Shown piece by piece: positions 1 to 13,769 of a DNA stretch of 64,000 nucleotides. The stretch lies in NCBI GenBank assembly GCA_030704615.1, contig CM060731.1, positions 48,360,001 through 48,424,000 on the forward strand, in the 5' to 3' direction. Origin of the DNA: Takakia lepidozioides. Its lineage: Eukaryota > Plantae > Bryophyta. Under the pieces are notes generated by a model that was given only the letters and a program-made list of their open reading frames with translations, searched no databases and was not told the DNA's origin. The translations under genes were made by a program, and so were the position numbers. Position 1 is the stretch's first letter. Each line of letters starts with the position of its first letter.

Positions 1-280
1 TGGAATAGTGTTGGCTCAAGTTTGCTAGCTCTTTTTACTAGACTTTGGGGTATTGTATATATGCCTCAGTACAATAATATCTTTTTTAGTTCCAAAAAGA
101 TGAGATTAAAGCTCGTCTCAAGAATTGGAGGCCGATTACATTACTAAGCACAATGGACACAAGAATCTTGCAAAAACTCTTGTCATTCGACTATAGTCTG
201 TACTCCTCTATTTGGTTAGACCTAATCAAACGAGCTTTGTGAAAGATCGAGGTCTACTCGACAATGTTATTGTATGGGCA
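1..280 (+). mobile_element. Degenerate LINE (L1/Tx1-type) reverse transcriptase fragment
   Basis: Manual translation gives NWRPITLLSTMDTRILAKTLVIRL*SVLLYLVRPNQTSFVKDRGLLDNVI, matching the LINE RT 'NWRPITLL..YKILAK..RL...Q.GF..GR...DN' segment; contains a stop. Confidence 0.75.
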
Positions 281-949
281 TTATAGGACATCTCAACGAA
301 TCCCGAGCCATTCCAATGAGGAGACTCCGTCAATTTAATCTGGCTTTGGTGATGAGAGGATACAAAATGCCTTGGCTTCACTATAGGAGAACGTGGTTTT
401 TATGACTACAAATATGACTGCCCCACAGTCATGAAAAAGTATATATGATTGTAGGGCCCATATATACTCATGCAGAGAGACCCTGTAACTTTTTTTGCTA
501 TAGATGGTCATAGTCATAAGCGCCATACAATCACATGTATCAAATCATATCCTTAACTGTTATTGATCATCAGATTGAATTTGTTACAAAATTGTGATGT
601 GGGTTGAACAGAACTTATAACATTCAATGATGCGGAGGATGATTTTGTGGACGTCATGAGTTCTGGTGAAAGTAAAACAGGGTCATTTAAAGAGCCCTTT
701 TGTGTATCAAGAATTATGGACACATGGCTGCTCCAAAGCTTCTGAAGCTTTTTGTGAGGAGAGTGTGAATGACTAGTTTAGTGAATTGTTGCTACCTACA
801 GCTCAAATGAAGAGCCTCTCTATGCATGTACATCTGGCCTTATGTTCTACTTTAGCGGTTGATCAATGAATGCATCATATGATGCAAGTTGGAAGGGAAG
901 TTAAAAATTCCGAATCCCTGTGACGATCTACTATCGAAGGTAATCCGCC

Positions 950-3130
950 TTAGCAGCGCTGGGCAAAAGGGCCGGGTGTCCCAGTCCAACCGTCCACGCA
1001 TTTGAGAAGAGGACCCACAAGCTTGCCTTGGGAGATGGCATTGTACACCTTCTCAATCTCTTGACCAGGAGACACAGTCCTCAAGCCTGATAGCAACTGG
1101 GTCCCTAATTCTGACCTCACAAATCTGTAGAGAGGGTATGTCCTGCAGTCTTCAATCCGGTTTGGCACTGCCGAATACCCCTTGTTATCGTACGACTCCC
1201 GGACCAAAGGTACAGCAATGTTCAGGCGCGTCTTCAACTCCTCTTCAAAGATTGCAATCCTGTGGAACACTGATGTAGTCTCCGATTTTTCATTCTTGGG
1301 GTTTTGGAGCGCATGACTCACCAAGACTTCCCTTAGTTTCTGCATCAGGGGGTAAGTTTCACTGCTGGCATCATCGATGTAGCTGAATACAGGCTGGCGA
1401 TCCACCAGGCTGAGAAGGTCCTTCTCGCAGAACCGTGATGGCAAAAGTGCGCCGTTACTGCCTGTGAAGAGCGTCTTCTTGGCGACGTGGGAAACAATTT
1501 GCCTCACTGTCGTCTGCATCGTCTCCTCGATGTGGCGAAGGTCCACGGCCTGGCAGAGGCCCACCAAGAAAGTGGAGCTCATAAGCTTCAGAATCTCAAT
1601 AGATTCCTCGGTCTTTCTTGCAGACACTAAACCCAGCGAGTTGACATCCTGGTTGTGCTGCTCAGCACTTTGCACGTGGGTGGTCACTGGGTTGGCTAAG
1701 TAGTTCAACTCCGAGAGGTATGAAGCCATGGCGATCTCCCCGCCCTTCATTCCGTAGTCCAGACTTGGGTTAGGTCCTCCACTGAGGTTTGAAGGAAGCC
1801 CATTGTTGTAGTAGTCGTTTACCAGCTCAGAGAACTGTGCAAACATGAGCTTCCCAATCGCAGCAACGGCCAACCGCATGTTGTCCATGGAGACTCCAAT
1901 GGGGGTTCCTTGGAAATTCCCGCCATGCAGGGCCCTGTCCCCGGCAGCATCAATGATTGGGTTGTCGTTGACAGAGTTGATTTCTCTTTGAATGGCATGT
2001 GTGGCATTGCGAATCACCTCCACCTGTGGGCCGAGCCATTGTGGGGAAGTCCGTAGCGCATATCGATCCTGCTTGGGTTTCTTCAAAGGGTCGGTCTCAT
2101 GGAGTTTTGCTGCTGCCTTCATGTATGAGCTTCCATCGAGCACCCACTCCATAATGGCAGCCGCCTCCATCTGGCCTGGGTGGTGCTTCAGCTTGTGCGT
2201 CAGGGGATCAGCAAACTCGGGCTTTCCTTGCATCACCTCACAGAACAGGGCCGAAAGAACCTCAGCCAGTAGGACCATCACATTCGCGTCAAAGCAGACA
2301 GTGGATGCCAAGGCTGACCCCACCGCTGTTCCATTGACAATGGCCAGGCCTTCCTTGGGCTGCAATTCAAAAGGTTTCTCGACCCCGGCCAGTCTCAGAG
2401 CTTCCAAGGCTGACACTTCCTGTCCGTCCTCGGTGACAGCTCTGGAGTTGGGCCTGGCAGTAAGTAGTCCCGCGATGTAAGATAAAGGAACAAGGTCTCC
2501 AGAAGCGGTGACGGTCCCTCGGAGTGGCAACTTGGGTGTGACATTTGCATTCAAAAGCTTTTCCATGGCTTCCAGGATCTCCCAACGAATGCCAGAGAAT
2601 CCCTGCATTAACGTGTTGGTGCGCACAAGCATGGCTGCCCGCGTGGTGCACGCAGGGAGGGTGTTGCCCTTGCCCAAAACTCCCGCATTCAGAAACCTAA
2701 TGAGCTCTCTCTGGAGCTCCACCCCTTGCTGTGTACGCCGGTGGGAGGTGGCTCCGAAACCAGTTGTGACGCCATAGATATCCCCACCGTTCATGATCTT
2801 CTGGAGAACCCAGTTGGAGCTTTCGTCCACTCGATTCTTGGCATTGGCCGCATCCAGCACCACTCTCACCTCTGGTCGGCGGGCCACGGCTGCCACTTGA
2901 GCAACCGTTAAGGTCACCCCTTCAATGGCTACTTCGGTTGCGTCATAGAATGTTTTCACCATATCTTTAACCTCGTCCAGGTGATTGCCTTGCAGGGCTG
3001 AGGCTGCTCGCCCCCAGTTGAGAGGGTCAGCAGGCTGTACCTTTGTGCAAAAAGATTCCAAACTAGCCTCGTGCTCAGCTTTGATGCCACTGCCATTGAC
3101 GCTCACCCGAGCTCCGTTGGCCGTCACCAT
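950..3130 (-). CDS. PAL: Phenylalanine ammonia-lyase, intronless, 726 aa (copy 1)
   Basis: MIO-forming [50 protein letters not shown] and [12 protein letters not shown] motifs. ELIRFLNAG carries Phe at the substrate-switch position, indicating PAL rather than TAL. Confidence 0.99.
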   Translation of the reverse strand: MVTANGARVSVNGSGIKAEHEASLESFCTKVQPADPLNWGRAASALQGNHLDEVKDMVKTFYDATEVAIEGVTLTVAQVAAVARRPEVRVVLDAANAKNRVDESSNWVLQKIMNGGDIYGVTTGFGATSHRRTQQGVELQRELIRFLNAGVLGKGNTLPACTTRAAMLVRTNTLMQGFSGIRWEILEAMEKLLNANVTPKLPLRGTVTASGDLVPLSYIAGLLTARPNSRAVTEDGQEVSALEALRLAGVEKPFELQPKEGLAIVNGTAVGSALASTVCFDANVMVLLAEVLSALFCEVMQGKPEFADPLTHKLKHHPGQMEAAAIMEWVLDGSSYMKAAAKLHETDPLKKPKQDRYALRTSPQWLGPQVEVIRNATHAIQREINSVNDNPIIDAAGDRALHGGNFQGTPIGVSMDNMRLAVAAIGKLMFAQFSELVNDYYNNGLPSNLSGGPNPSLDYGMKGGEIAMASYLSELNYLANPVTTHVQSAEQHNQDVNSLGLVSARKTEESIEILKLMSSTFLVGLCQAVDLRHIEETMQTTVRQIVSHVAKKTLFTGSNGALLPSRFCEKDLLSLVDRQPVFSYIDDASSETYPLMQKLREVLVSHALQNPKNEKSETTSVFHRIAIFEEELKTRLNIAVPLVRESYDNKGYSAVPNRIEDCRTYPLYRFVRSELGTQLLSGLRTVSPGQEIEKVYNAISQGKLVGPLLKCVDGWTGTPGPFAQRC

Positions 3131-3376
3131 CCTCGCAGAACTTTAATGGAGACCGTGGAAAGAAAACTAAATAAGAATTATATACCGTCCCCGCGAGTGT
3201 TGAGAAAGGAACAGAGAGAAGAGAGGCCTGTTGCGAGCTACACGGATCACAGAGAAGGGAACCTCTTCAATGGATGGAATTCCAGGTGATCTTAGTGCTG
3301 TTGAATTCAATATCTCTGAGACACCCAATCCGGAGTTTGATCGGAGAGTGATGAGAATGAGAGTCCTGAGGAGCTG

Positions 3377-3384
3377 TATTTATA
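3377..3384 (-). promoter_or_regulatory. Probable TATA box of PAL copy 1
   Basis: TATAAATA on the minus strand about 250 bp upstream of the ATG, followed by a pyrimidine-rich leader. Confidence 0.6.
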
Positions 3385-4565
3385 AGCAGTGGACATAAGA
3401 GCTAGTCATGTGGGACCCAGGGGCTGATACGAAGCTGGCTGGCAGGCTCCAATACATAGGCAGTCCACGGCTGCGTCGCGACTCGCCACACCTCAAATCT
3501 GCACGCGGCCTTACTTGACTAGGTCACGCAAAGTTGAAAAACAGACCAGTATGTGATAGAATACATATATATACACAATGCACCATCTCACAGGTGAAGT
3601 GTTGATCGGCTGAGCAGCAGCAGCCTCTCGAGAATGTGAGCAGACCATGTTGACCAGCTTCTCTCCACAACACACGTTGCTAGTGAGGCGAACTGGGAAA
3701 CGCGCTGCCAAATGTGAGCACCACCTCTTTGACTATTTGAAAACCGTCCAAAGCCAACTACATACACTTCTTTGACTGAAGCATGGAAGATGAGGAGCAC
3801 GTTGACAATTGAGTCAAATTGGGAGTATGTTTAAATATCTTATTTATTTATGGAAGTGGAAAACTCCAATTTGAAAACAGAACTTGGGTTCTGTGTTCCA
3901 GTACCTGGCTGTTGTTTTTGAGCACTCAAGAAATTTGAAAATGTGAAGACGAGTCATCTCACATGTAATACGTGACACTCATGCGATGGATTGAGGCGGA
4001 ACGAAGACTGAAAGGAGAGAGGAGAGAGCACAGAATAGATGTGGGCTACATATGTCGGAAAGACGAAGAGAAGAGGAGTCCTCAAGAGACCCTAAACCGA
4101 GTGTTCAAAGTTGTTGTTGTGAGTGAAATTGTGTGCATGTGCAAAGTAAAATTCACAAAACCGAGGTGTAAGATAATTTTGAATGCTCACAAGAGGGCAT
4201 TTGCAGTTATTTCAGGTAGACCTACATATAGTGGCCCTAATGTGTCAGTGCAATTGGCATCATGTGCCATTCGCTGGCTGTACAAACAAATTGGGATTAC
4301 CTGTGAGTATGTGTTCGTGGTAGGCACAGAGATGGTTTGTTTCCTGGTCTTCATGCTAGGCTTTGGTTTCTGTTTTGAGTTTGTTTAGAATGGACACCCT
4401 ACATCTCGCGGGTATGTTGGTGAGAGGGCAAGACGGCACGGCCTGGTTGCTCGAAATTCCCCTATGCTTTGAACTTTGAAGAAAGAGCCTTTCCAGGCCG
4501 TCGCTAACCAGGCTAGCCTGTCCTTAAGAGCCCTGCCAAATGGCATGCGGTTGGTTTGGCACATA

Positions 4566-4712
4566 ATAGTTGGAGAATTCTGCCACTGACCAAGTTTGAA
4601 AAATGTTTTATCACGAGGGCTGTCTCTTGGACAGTGCCAAATAGTAGGAGAATTCTGCCACCAGTTGACCAAGTTTGAAAAATGTTTTATCACAAGGGCT
4701 GTCACTTGGACA
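4566..4712. repeat. About 75-bp tandem duplication upstream of PAL (also at about 37301-37447)
   Basis: Two adjacent copies of ggagaattctgccac...tgaccaagtttgaaaaatgttttatcac.agggctgtc.cttggacag. Confidence 0.85.
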
Positions 4713-5364
4713 GGGAGTGAATAAAAGAAACGAGGTGTCAGCACAGTAAGAGAAGCCTAGGCTGCATGTATACAGTCCGTATGCAGTTCTGTCATTGATG
4801 ATTGAAATGTACTGCAATGTGCGCATGGTCTGCATCCAACTGTCGTAGTGATCCCCTGGTTTCGATTCAGCAGTCGCGGGAACCCTGAACCCCACGTACG
4901 AACTGTGTTAGTTCTAGACTAAACGAGTTCTAGACTCGATATTTGATCAGTATGAATTATCAAGCTCTAGATACGTTTACAAATCGTAGAGCTAGATTGA
5001 ATGTTTAGGACTTCAAATTAATCCAGCTTCAAAATGTCACTCTGGATGATTTAAGGTACATATATATCTCAACTTCGGGAGATATATTTATGACGATGCC
5101 AACCGAAGTTCCAGAATTGTAACAGCTGTGTAACTAGTGTATGATCTATAGACCGCATACCTAGATTCTAGCTGTGGTTTCCAAAAAATGTAGCATTCAT
5201 GAAATAGATACGTCGGATAAGTTTGAATTTACAAACCTGTCCATGGTGTGTGTAATTACAACTCGTCGAAGAAAATGCACATGGCACCGCTCTAGCCCTC
5301 GAATCCACATCCTGATCGTCATTATATTGCTATTACAGAGAAGCAGCAGCAAGATACATGCAGG

Positions 5365-7417
5365 TTACGAAGAGATCATGGATGCTGCATAGTCGAATGA
5401 GGAAGCTGCTGTGATCTTAGCATAAATCTAAGTTAGCCCCTAAACTCTTCTACATAAATTTTTTCTTATTTAGGCATATCAAGTTTAGCATTATCTTCAA
5501 GACAGTTTGCTTCAAGCGTTGTGACTCAGTTGGAAAATACATTCCACTGATCCATATATTTAAGACCGCCCCTGTAAGGCTTATGTAGTTGTATGGTCTA
5601 CTTTGAACTTCGACACACTATAATGTAGTGTCTATGATTGTAAGTAGTTTTAAAGTGCAGTGAGAGCTACATACAGATTGCATCACGTTGCTGAGTTGTG
5701 AAATGTGGTGTCGCCAGCCTAGTGTACCGGCGGTCTAGTTGCTGATGATGCGGACTACATGGAGCTTCGCCACCTTGTATAGGATATGAATAGAGCTGGC
5801 AGTTCGATTGCGAGTTCGGTCGACCAGAAGCCGTATGTCCGATCTCAAGCTTCCTTGGATTGCGATATAATGGAGTACCCAACTGAATATTTGAGCACAC
5901 TGGATGTTGAGAGTGATCATTGCCATGGAGGCAAAAGCGTAGTGACTCGTACATTGTACAAGCTGCATGCTGAACAATATCCTCAATGGGTGATTGACAT
6001 TGTGGCACCGGTGGCCTTATTGGAGCATACCGCCGTGGCTGATGTTGCAGAGGCGCAGGGTGTCCTGTCGGTGTGGGATGTTGGCCAGGTAGAGATGTCT
6101 GTCCCAGAGATGAGAGTTGGAAAGAAGATCTCATGTAATGACCATATGGCTCAGGCAGTGCTTGGCACTTAGCTGCAATCTCCATGACGCTAGGAAATTG
6201 TCGATTGGCCACCAAATCACTGGTTTCTGCAGATTGAAATCATCACAGTTGGCCTTAGTCTAGGATACTTGGGATGTACGTTCGAGGGAAGTTTTGACCA
6301 AAGTATTTAGTTACGAGCTAGTTACTCACATGTATACAACTTAACTTCACCATCCTGCAATTATACTCCACACATGGATCTTGGGGCAGGGGTCATCTCT
6401 CTAGGCCAAATATAAGTTGAAACAAGCTATGATCGAGTAAGATTTCTAGAGTGAATACTTAGTCATAAATCACAAATTGAACATCACAAGTGATAACCTG
6501 GGACATGCAAATAGCAGTTCATATGTGACAACTTTGTGATAATTCAGGGGGTCACATGATATACCATAAAGCAATCTCAATGATCTGCCCGTATTCTGAA
6601 GATCTTGGAGTCTCCCTTGATCGAACATGATGAGGGTGCAGTAGCAAACGTCTGACAACATATTGAAGTAGTAGTCGTCCTGCATTTCAAGGAGTGCGCA
6701 GTCAGTGTCTAAAAATCCCTGTATCTCATGAAATGCATTTCCTTAAACCTTAGTAGCTAAAATCCATGCTACGAGAAAACTGATTTACGTCGTTTAAGTA
6801 TGTGCATCTGAGCTTGAACAAGACAAGTATCACGGGTAACTTAGTCTGTTATGCAAAATTTTGAACACTCAATTGAGGGTTCAAGAGACTTTTACGAAAT
6901 ATTATAACATTCATAACAAACTCAATAGTTTAAAGCATACCAATTACATTTCAAGAGTAGATTTTTGCCAACCTTAGCCGCTTATAGGAATATCTAGAAT
7001 GCGTAACTTGGGCCAAGTGAGAAAATAAATACAGGATTGGGAGCTTGCAGCCAGACCCCTTCCTCACAACCCAAAGCTGTGAGCAAAAGATCAGGGAAAT
7101 TCATTCCAAGCTCACGAGTGTCGGCAGGCGTTATCCCTTCCATCCTGCAGGAGAATAATTAACATTGACTTTATCATATCATGAGGAGCATATGACTACT
7201 GACCAAAAGTAGACTACCTCTATGCAAGCACCCCCATCAAACCCAAATCACCACTAGGGCTACAACTTGTATTAGGAATGTCTTATACTTACAGTCCCAC
7301 CAAGCACAGACCACGGAAAACAGTGCTGGAGCCAAGCAGTCCCTCATCCAGAGCAGCTCTCCAATCACCCTGCGCGGGACGAACAAAGCCATAACAGCGC
7401 CAAGAGTCGGAAGCCAT
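5365..7417 (-). CDS. Unknown 5-exon gene, 315 aa (copy 1): join(7293-7417, 7033-7144, 6565-6679, 5675-6226, 5365-5408)
   Basis: All four introns are GT-AG with compatible phases (2,0,1,1), giving a 948-nt uninterrupted ORF (MASDSWRCYGFV...AASMISS*). Splice sites are conserved in three copies, and exon 2 and exon 4 indels between copies are in-frame. Confidence 0.7.
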
Positions 7418-7814
7418 TGCAAGAGTCTAAGGTTCTATAGCGCCAGAGGCAACACAAGTGACTTAGGATAGAAACACAGAGCTCCGGGGACTAACCATTG
7501 AAAGGTGCTTAAATAGTCCTCCCCCAGACCTCCTCTCAAGACTAGTTACGGGAGGGTACTATCGTAGAGAGAGAGACCGATCGTGCCAAAATCAAACATC
7601 ATACCCCCAATGAAAAATTTCAAAGAATATTCAGGAAATATCCTTTAAACTTCCATCTTTCAGTAACCCAAGTCTTAGCGGAATCTTTGATGGCCCAAAT
7701 AGAAAGAACAGAGTATCTAGAAATAATATGTATGAACATATGTATCTCTGAAAGATCATGGGCAGAGAAAGAAATATTGATCTTCGAGCCCCTTGAAAAG
7801 ATTCTAGTGAAAAT

Positions 7815-8245
7815 GTTAAAGATGCCATATCTGGTTTTTGTGGTATGGCAGGAATATGTTACACTATGTTGCAAATGAAGAATATTTTGTTACACTCTGG
7901 TCAATAATCTGTAGTGAGCAGTTGTTTCCCTCATGTCACCAAGTATTCTCTCCCTCTCATTGCATGGATCAGAGTAGTTGGCTATGAGAGATGCATGGGG
8001 GAAGGGATTGTGTTGCTCACTAAGGTCAGCACTCCAACGGAACCTACTCATGCTGTGGCAACCGACTGTCACAAGTGGAACCCTTTCTAGTTTAAGCCAA
8101 ATTGAAGTAGGTCTGAGATACTGAATGGCAGATAGAAGCAAAAGGTGCTCAATGTTGTAGATCAGTCTCTCTCGTTGCATATTTCTTTTTCCCCAACCAA
8201 AATGAAAATCAACCAAGCACGTAAATGTAGGTGTCCAAATATATC
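7815..8245. repeat. About 450-bp segment present four times (also about 40560-41000, 54340-54780 and 62557-63022)
   Basis: Shared ttaaagatgccata...gcatgggggaagggattgtg...ccccaaccaaaatgaaa block. The 62.5-63 kb copy is the PPR-TatC intergenic region. Confidence 0.9.
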
Positions 8246-8325
8246 CGGAGCGTGCATGTGGGCCCCAATCTTACTCTTTTCTTACTAAAAGAGTGCCATA
8301 AGTATGACCTTTCAACCCTCACATA

Positions 8326-9400
8326 TATTGAAAATACTGATTTCACTGCTTGCTCATAGCTATTTACAGAGTAGCCAGTAAGTTATGAAGAAGCTATCCA
8401 ATACTATTGAAACACTAAGAAGTACACGACTTATCAATCTACAAGGCAATCCATGGAATCAATGATGCTCACGCATCTGTAAGTTTTTACTACACCACGC
8501 TATGAACATACATAAAAACTAACTGAGTATCGTCTGCCACCAAAAAAAATACATGTTCTACAAAGTGTAGGAGATCCAACTAGCTAGAGATTCAAAATGT
8601 GATTGACTGGCATCTGTGATTGTGACTGCTTGGTGGACTGCCACCTATTTGCTGACTATGACTATTCGACCAGCATGGTCCAAATGTCAATGACGGACTG
8701 GATCTTCGATTTCAACACTCCCACTCAGTCCGACATTGTATGCATGCTTCAAAGATCGCTTGCACAGAGAGATTGCTTGCTGGGGAATGCAACCCAAGCA
8801 TGAGCGAAAACGAATGAACTTGTCTGGACCAAGAGCCTTCGTAAAAATATCGGCAATCTGATCATTCGTGTGAATATACTGAATGTCAATTTCTCCCTTC
8901 GCCTTGTTCTCGCGAATGACATGGTACTGAACATCTATGTGCTTTGTTCGACGATGGTACTCTGGATTGTGAACCAGTCTGATGCAACTCTGGTTATCGC
9001 TGTGAAGTGGGGTGGGTGTCTTCTGTGAATGTCCAAGGAGTCCATGAGTCTCCGTAACCAAATAATCTCCCTGGCTAGCCATGTGAGCCACAACATACTC
9101 CGATTCAGTTGTCGATCCAGTAGTACACACTTGTTTCCGACTACTCCAAACAATTGCTCCTTGGTTCAACATAATGAGAGATCCGGATCCGGATTTTCTA
9201 TCATCTATGTCACCAGCATAATTTGCGTCGCAAAATCCTGTGAGGTGTCCTGCTTCCCATTGTAGATGTTCCCTTCAAGTATTTCATGATCCGTTTCACA
9301 GCGTTGCAGTGCACAGGTCTGTGTCTTGATGCGTATTTTGCCACTGTACTCATTGCATATGAGATGTCATGACAACTCCCGATGCTTGCAAACATCAAGC
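8326..9400 (-). mobile_element. Ty1/Copia 3' remnant: RT end and RNase H, PPT, 3' LTR (about 8326-8717)
   Basis: WSSRKQ...STTESEY...DNQSCI...HRRTKHIDVQYH...DQIADIFTKAL. A purine tract (GAGTGGGAG) precedes TGTTGAAAT, and the LTR ends in a matching inverted repeat. Confidence 0.9.
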
Positions 9401-11435
9401 TGTTAAATTAGTAATGCAAGCATTAGTGTACCATTGATTATTCAGCCCTCAGGTTTAATGTCTTCACTATATTCTCGCGGGTAGCAGTAGATATGCCAGT
9501 TGGTTAGCAGTTAATCCACCACCATAGTAGGTAGGATAGACTTCATTAGTTGGTAGTTAATTACTTCTGCAATTACTTTCTACAGCTCATGAGTCCATGA
9601 TATAAGGGCCTGAGGTTCACTATGCAACTATTCTAGCCTTCGATCCTCATGTAGTTGGTACACTGCTCATTCTACATGGTATCAGAACTCGGGGGGCAAT
9701 AGAATCATAGTTTCTAAGTTCAGGGTTTGAGGTCACTAGGAAGCACCTCTGGTGTGAAGCACTGTTCCACCATCGTTGGATGTCTTGTTGATTTGATTTT
9801 GTGATCCTTTGAGCTCTGCTTTAGAACTGTTGTTTTATTGCAAAATTCTTGTTCCAAAATTCTTTCCACTCTAGAAACTTCTCAAGGGCCTGTAGTTCTC
9901 ATGCACCTCTCAATTCGTGTCTATGAACGTCATCTTTCTTCCACTCACTACTTTGTAAAAACAGATTTCTCTCGAGATCCATCTTCCTCTCTCTTGCCAT
10001 CGTCCTTTAGTTATTTATTGATTTAATTATTTTCTTTCTAACCTCCTTCAGCAGCCGTCATGGGAAATGGATCAGACTTGATCATCCCTCAGCAAGACAA
10101 GCTGACAGGGAAAAACAACTACTCAGTATGGAAGTTCAAGGTCACAAACTATCTGCTGAGGGAGGATATTCTTGAGCTTGTCCAGAAGAAGGTGGTCCTA
10201 GAAGCAGGTCAGGATAAGGAAGAGCTTAGAAAGAAGAAGCTCAGGGCTCTTACCATTATAAATCTCTCTCTCAGTGGATGACTCATCTCACAGAGCCAAA
10301 GGCTGTGTGGGATGCTTTGGCCAAAACGTACGATGACAGGTCATCATCGAGGCAAATGGCTGTGAGGAACAAGTTTCATGGACTTAAAATGGAAGAAGGA
10401 TCTTCCATGGAGGAATTCCTTGAGACCATTACTAATCTTGTGGCTCAACTTGCTGCCTTTGGTGAAGAAATTGAGGAATATATCATTGTTGAGCACATTT
10501 TGAATGCCTTACCTGACACGTATACTGCCTACGGTGACGCAATCATGGCGCAGAAAGAGCTTCCTAGTGTTGCAGAACTAACTTCGAAACTGTTGCACGA
10601 GGAAACCAGACGGGAATTGAAGGGACGAAAGGCAAGATGAAGCCTTGTGGGTCAAGTTTGAACGCTTCAGTAAGGCCTATCAACGCCAAGGACAAGGTGG
10701 AGGTCGACCTTCATCACAAAGATCTTCTATTATCACCACCTGCAACCGATGCGGCAAGGAGGTTTATTGGACGAAGAATTGTCCGGTTCCGTACGAAGAG
10801 ATTTTGAAGAACCGTAATCAGCATGCCAACATGGTTGAAGATGCACCTGACGAATCTGACGAAGACGACTGCATTGGGGCAGCTGAAATGCTGGAAGTAG
10901 CCATGGCCGCTCTCGACATGCAAAGAGATCTCACTGCCGGGGAAAAGAAAGCTTCCTGGATTATCGACTCCGGTGCTAGTAAGCACGTGACCGGCAACTC
11001 AGAAATTCTTCATGATCTGGAGGGTTGTAGCAGCACTTCTAGTGTGCGATCCGCTGGTGGCACCTACCACAATGTGGAGGGAAAAAGCCATACCAATGTA
11101 TTACAAAATGGATCAATAAAGCTCATTACTGACGTTTTGTACGTCCCTGGCATGACGAGGAATTTATTATCTGTTGGTGCTTTGGCTGATAAAGGACATC
11201 TTGGAATCTTTGATGCCACGAAATGCTTGTTTATAGAAAAAGAAAGACCTCACAGAGTAGTTCTTCATGGAGAACAAATTAAATCTACTGGATTGTACAA
11301 CCTAAAGTCATCTGATCAAACTTTATTTGAGGCCAATAGCTGAATGGAATCTGACGAGATTATTCGACTGTGGCATAGGAGGCTTGGTCATCTTAATTAT
11401 CGCAGTCTCCATTATCTGAGCAACAGTGGCAAAGT
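9401..11435 (+). mobile_element. Ty1/Copia 5' part: LTR 9401-9676 (TG..CA), tRNA-iMet PBS 9677-9688, gag, protease, GAG-pre-integrase; truncated
   Basis: TGGTATCAGAAC PBS, gag KLTGKNNYSVWKFKV, degenerate CCHC knuckle, WIIDSGASKHVT and LWHRRLGHLNY. It abuts the preceding Copia. Confidence 0.92.
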
Positions 11436-12372
11436 CGACCGCTATGTTGGCGGTCGCTTCAATTTATTGTTTTAAAAAAACAAGATTGGCGGTCGCCTAA
11501 TTCAAAAAAGAAAACAAGCGACTGACGTATTGGCGGTCGCACGATAGCAAATACATTTTTGAAAATTAACAAAATGAACGTGACCGCCAATTATGGCGGT
11601 CGCTTTGTTTTTCGAAATTTAAAAAAAAAATAGCGACCGACGTATTGGCGATCACTTCAATTTATTTTTTTTAAAAGCGAGATTGGCGGTCGCACTGGCG
11701 GTCGCTTTATTTTTCGAAATAAAAAAAGAAATAGCGACCGCCATATTGGCGATCGCTTCAAATTTATTTTTAAAAAAAACAAGTTTGGCGGTCGCTTTAT
11801 TTTTCGAATTAAAAAAAGAAATAGCGACCGCTATCTTCAATTTATTGTTTTAAAAAAACAAGATTGGCGGTCGTCTAATTTAAAAAAGAAAACAAGCGAC
11901 TGCCGTATTGGCGGTCGCACAATTTTATAAATATGTACAGACAAGCGACGACCATATGGCGGTCGGATAATTTCAAAAATATATAAAAAAAACAGCGACC
12001 GCCATTGGGCGGTCGCTTAATTTAAAAAATATATAGAAAAACAAACGACCGCCATAAAATATAAAGATTGAAAGCGACCGCCTTACTGGCGGTCGCGTTT
12101 TTTTCAAAATATTAAAAATAAAAGCGACCACCATATTGGCGGTTGCTTTATTTTAAATATATTAACAAATGAAGCGACCGCCATACCGGCAGTCGCATTA
12201 TATTTTGAAATAAAAAACAATAGCGACTGCCATACGGGCGGTCGCTTCAATTTAAAAATATAGTGACCACAATATTGCACAAAATGAAAGGAAATAAAAG
12301 CAACCACAGTAGTGGTGGTCGCTTGTTTTTCATAAAAAATAAAAATATGGACCGTAGTATTAGCGGTCACTT
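11436..12372. repeat. Palindrome array 1: GCGACCGCC-N5-7-GGCGGTCGC units with A/T-tract spacers
   Basis: Roughly 20 full or half units visible, with a period of about 50 bp. Confidence 0.95.
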
Positions 12373-12789
12373 AATTTCAAAATTACAACAAATATGGTTG
12401 TACAGCTTTTTTCGGGTGGGCGCTATTGGTTCGTCATTTATTCATTTCACTTTCATCATTTTTGGATCATATATAAGGGATGATGGTCACCAAGCTCTTC
12501 AGTTCTTTTGGCGCAAATACTTGAGGTTGTTTTGAATGTTCTCTTCCATTGAACGAGAGTGTAGCCCAAGAGGAGGGTGCGCACCTTTTGCCATTGTGGC
12601 TTCCACCAAAGCCATTTCAGCAGATTGTGTATAAGCTCAATACTACAACCCACATCGACCCACTTGAGTTGTTGACATGTGTAGAAGTGTTGGGCTATCG
12701 CATTGCACTTTACATTCACAACGCGTTCATTTATAGGTGACTGTTTTTTTGTTGTTTGCATCGCTAGGTCTGAGGGGAGTGGATATTGG

Positions 12790-13290
12790 GTGAAGATGAG
12801 GGAGAAATTGAGCCCTTGGTATACGACAATCCCGAACACTGTAAGTGCCACTGGTAGTGTTGAGTGCAACCTATGTGGATTAAAGCTTTCTTATTGTAAG
12901 GATCGGTTGCTCGCTCACCTCGGCTATAAAGATGTGAAGAGCGTTGGGTGGGGTTTATGCCCCAAAGCATCTATGCGGGTAAAAACCACTTTGCCCAGTG
13001 TGAAGGCAATATTTCAATGTCTTTGGATATGGACATGACCTCTGAGCAGAACACTCCAGCTTCCCGTCAGGATGCCTCGATTAGTACCCAGGGCGACTCT
13101 TGTGAGGCTTCGGGTGTCCTTGGACAAATGGGTTGTGTCGGAGCAACACCTGCTTCAACACCGTTTGATGAGTCAACAAGAGCTCGGGTGTTAAAGGAGC
13201 AAGCGGTGCATGTGTTAAGCATGGTTTCAGTTTGTGGGAGTCTTCAACTTCAAGCTTAGGAGAGCTATGAATAGAGGCAGACATCTGATT
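12790..13290 (+). pseudogene. BED zinc-finger N-terminus of a hAT-like transposase, frameshifted and truncated
   Basis: SPWY...VECNLC...KDRLLAHLGY...WGLCPKAS fits the W..CxxC..H..C BED pattern. TATATAAG lies upstream at about 12470. Confidence 0.65.
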
Positions 13291-13769
13291 TCTCTTTGGG
13301 GCAGAATAGTGTATTTGTAGAGCATGTTTTGAGTTGGGGTTTCAATCCCAAGCTTGGGAAGAGCATGTCTATGGAAGTGGCAAGTGCAGGGCTGGATTAG
13401 GAGCTCTAAGAGGTGCACTATGGCCATAGAAGGAAACATTATGAGTGCATACGATGGCTAGAAAAGGGTATGCCATAGAAAGCTCAATAGCTTGTTCTAT
13501 GCTTGTTTCAATAAGTTCTATAGAGAAAGAGAGCTTGTTGTGTGACAACTAGCTTGCTCAGGGAGTTAGAGCCACTCTTGGTGGTCTATTGATGCTCAAA
13601 AAACCAAGAACAGCACCTCTGGTTGTTCCATAGAAGCCATAGTTTGTTGCAGCAATCGCAGAGGCAAAGCGGCGCAAACTCTAGCTTGGGAACGCGTGGG
13701 AACGCTTGTGAACTCTTTGGGAACTCGTGGGAACATTGCCCCAGGGTTGGGAGCACCACTATTGTCCTA

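Larger units (their letters stand above)
1..11317 (+). repeat. Segmental duplication copy A (matches 32736-44106; left edge runs off the window)
   Basis: Position 1 matches 32736. ORF translations repeat at offsets of 32735 to about 32790. Homology ends at ctaaagtcatctgatc (11317) versus ctaaagtcatatgatc (44106). Confidence 0.97.

Noticed and set aside
1464-2911. Several 60-160 aa ORFs overlapping PAL (and their duplicates)
   Set aside because: They are antisense or alternative-frame shadows of the PAL CDS.
950-3130. Possible TAL/PTAL or aminomutase specificity
   Set aside because: The switch residue is Phe (IRFL), as in ordinary PAL.
6690-6845. Apparent extra exon with stops in the unknown gene, which would make it a pseudogene
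   Set aside because: A downstream acceptor (CAG|GACGAC, with a CTGAC branch-like site) gives the correct phase and an open frame in all copies.
11436-12372. CRISPR-like look of the palindromic repeat/spacer arrays (also at 19.5 and 26.8 kb)
   Set aside because: Spacers are low-complexity A/T tracts similar to one another, repeats are degenerate, no cas genes are present, and the context is eukaryotic.
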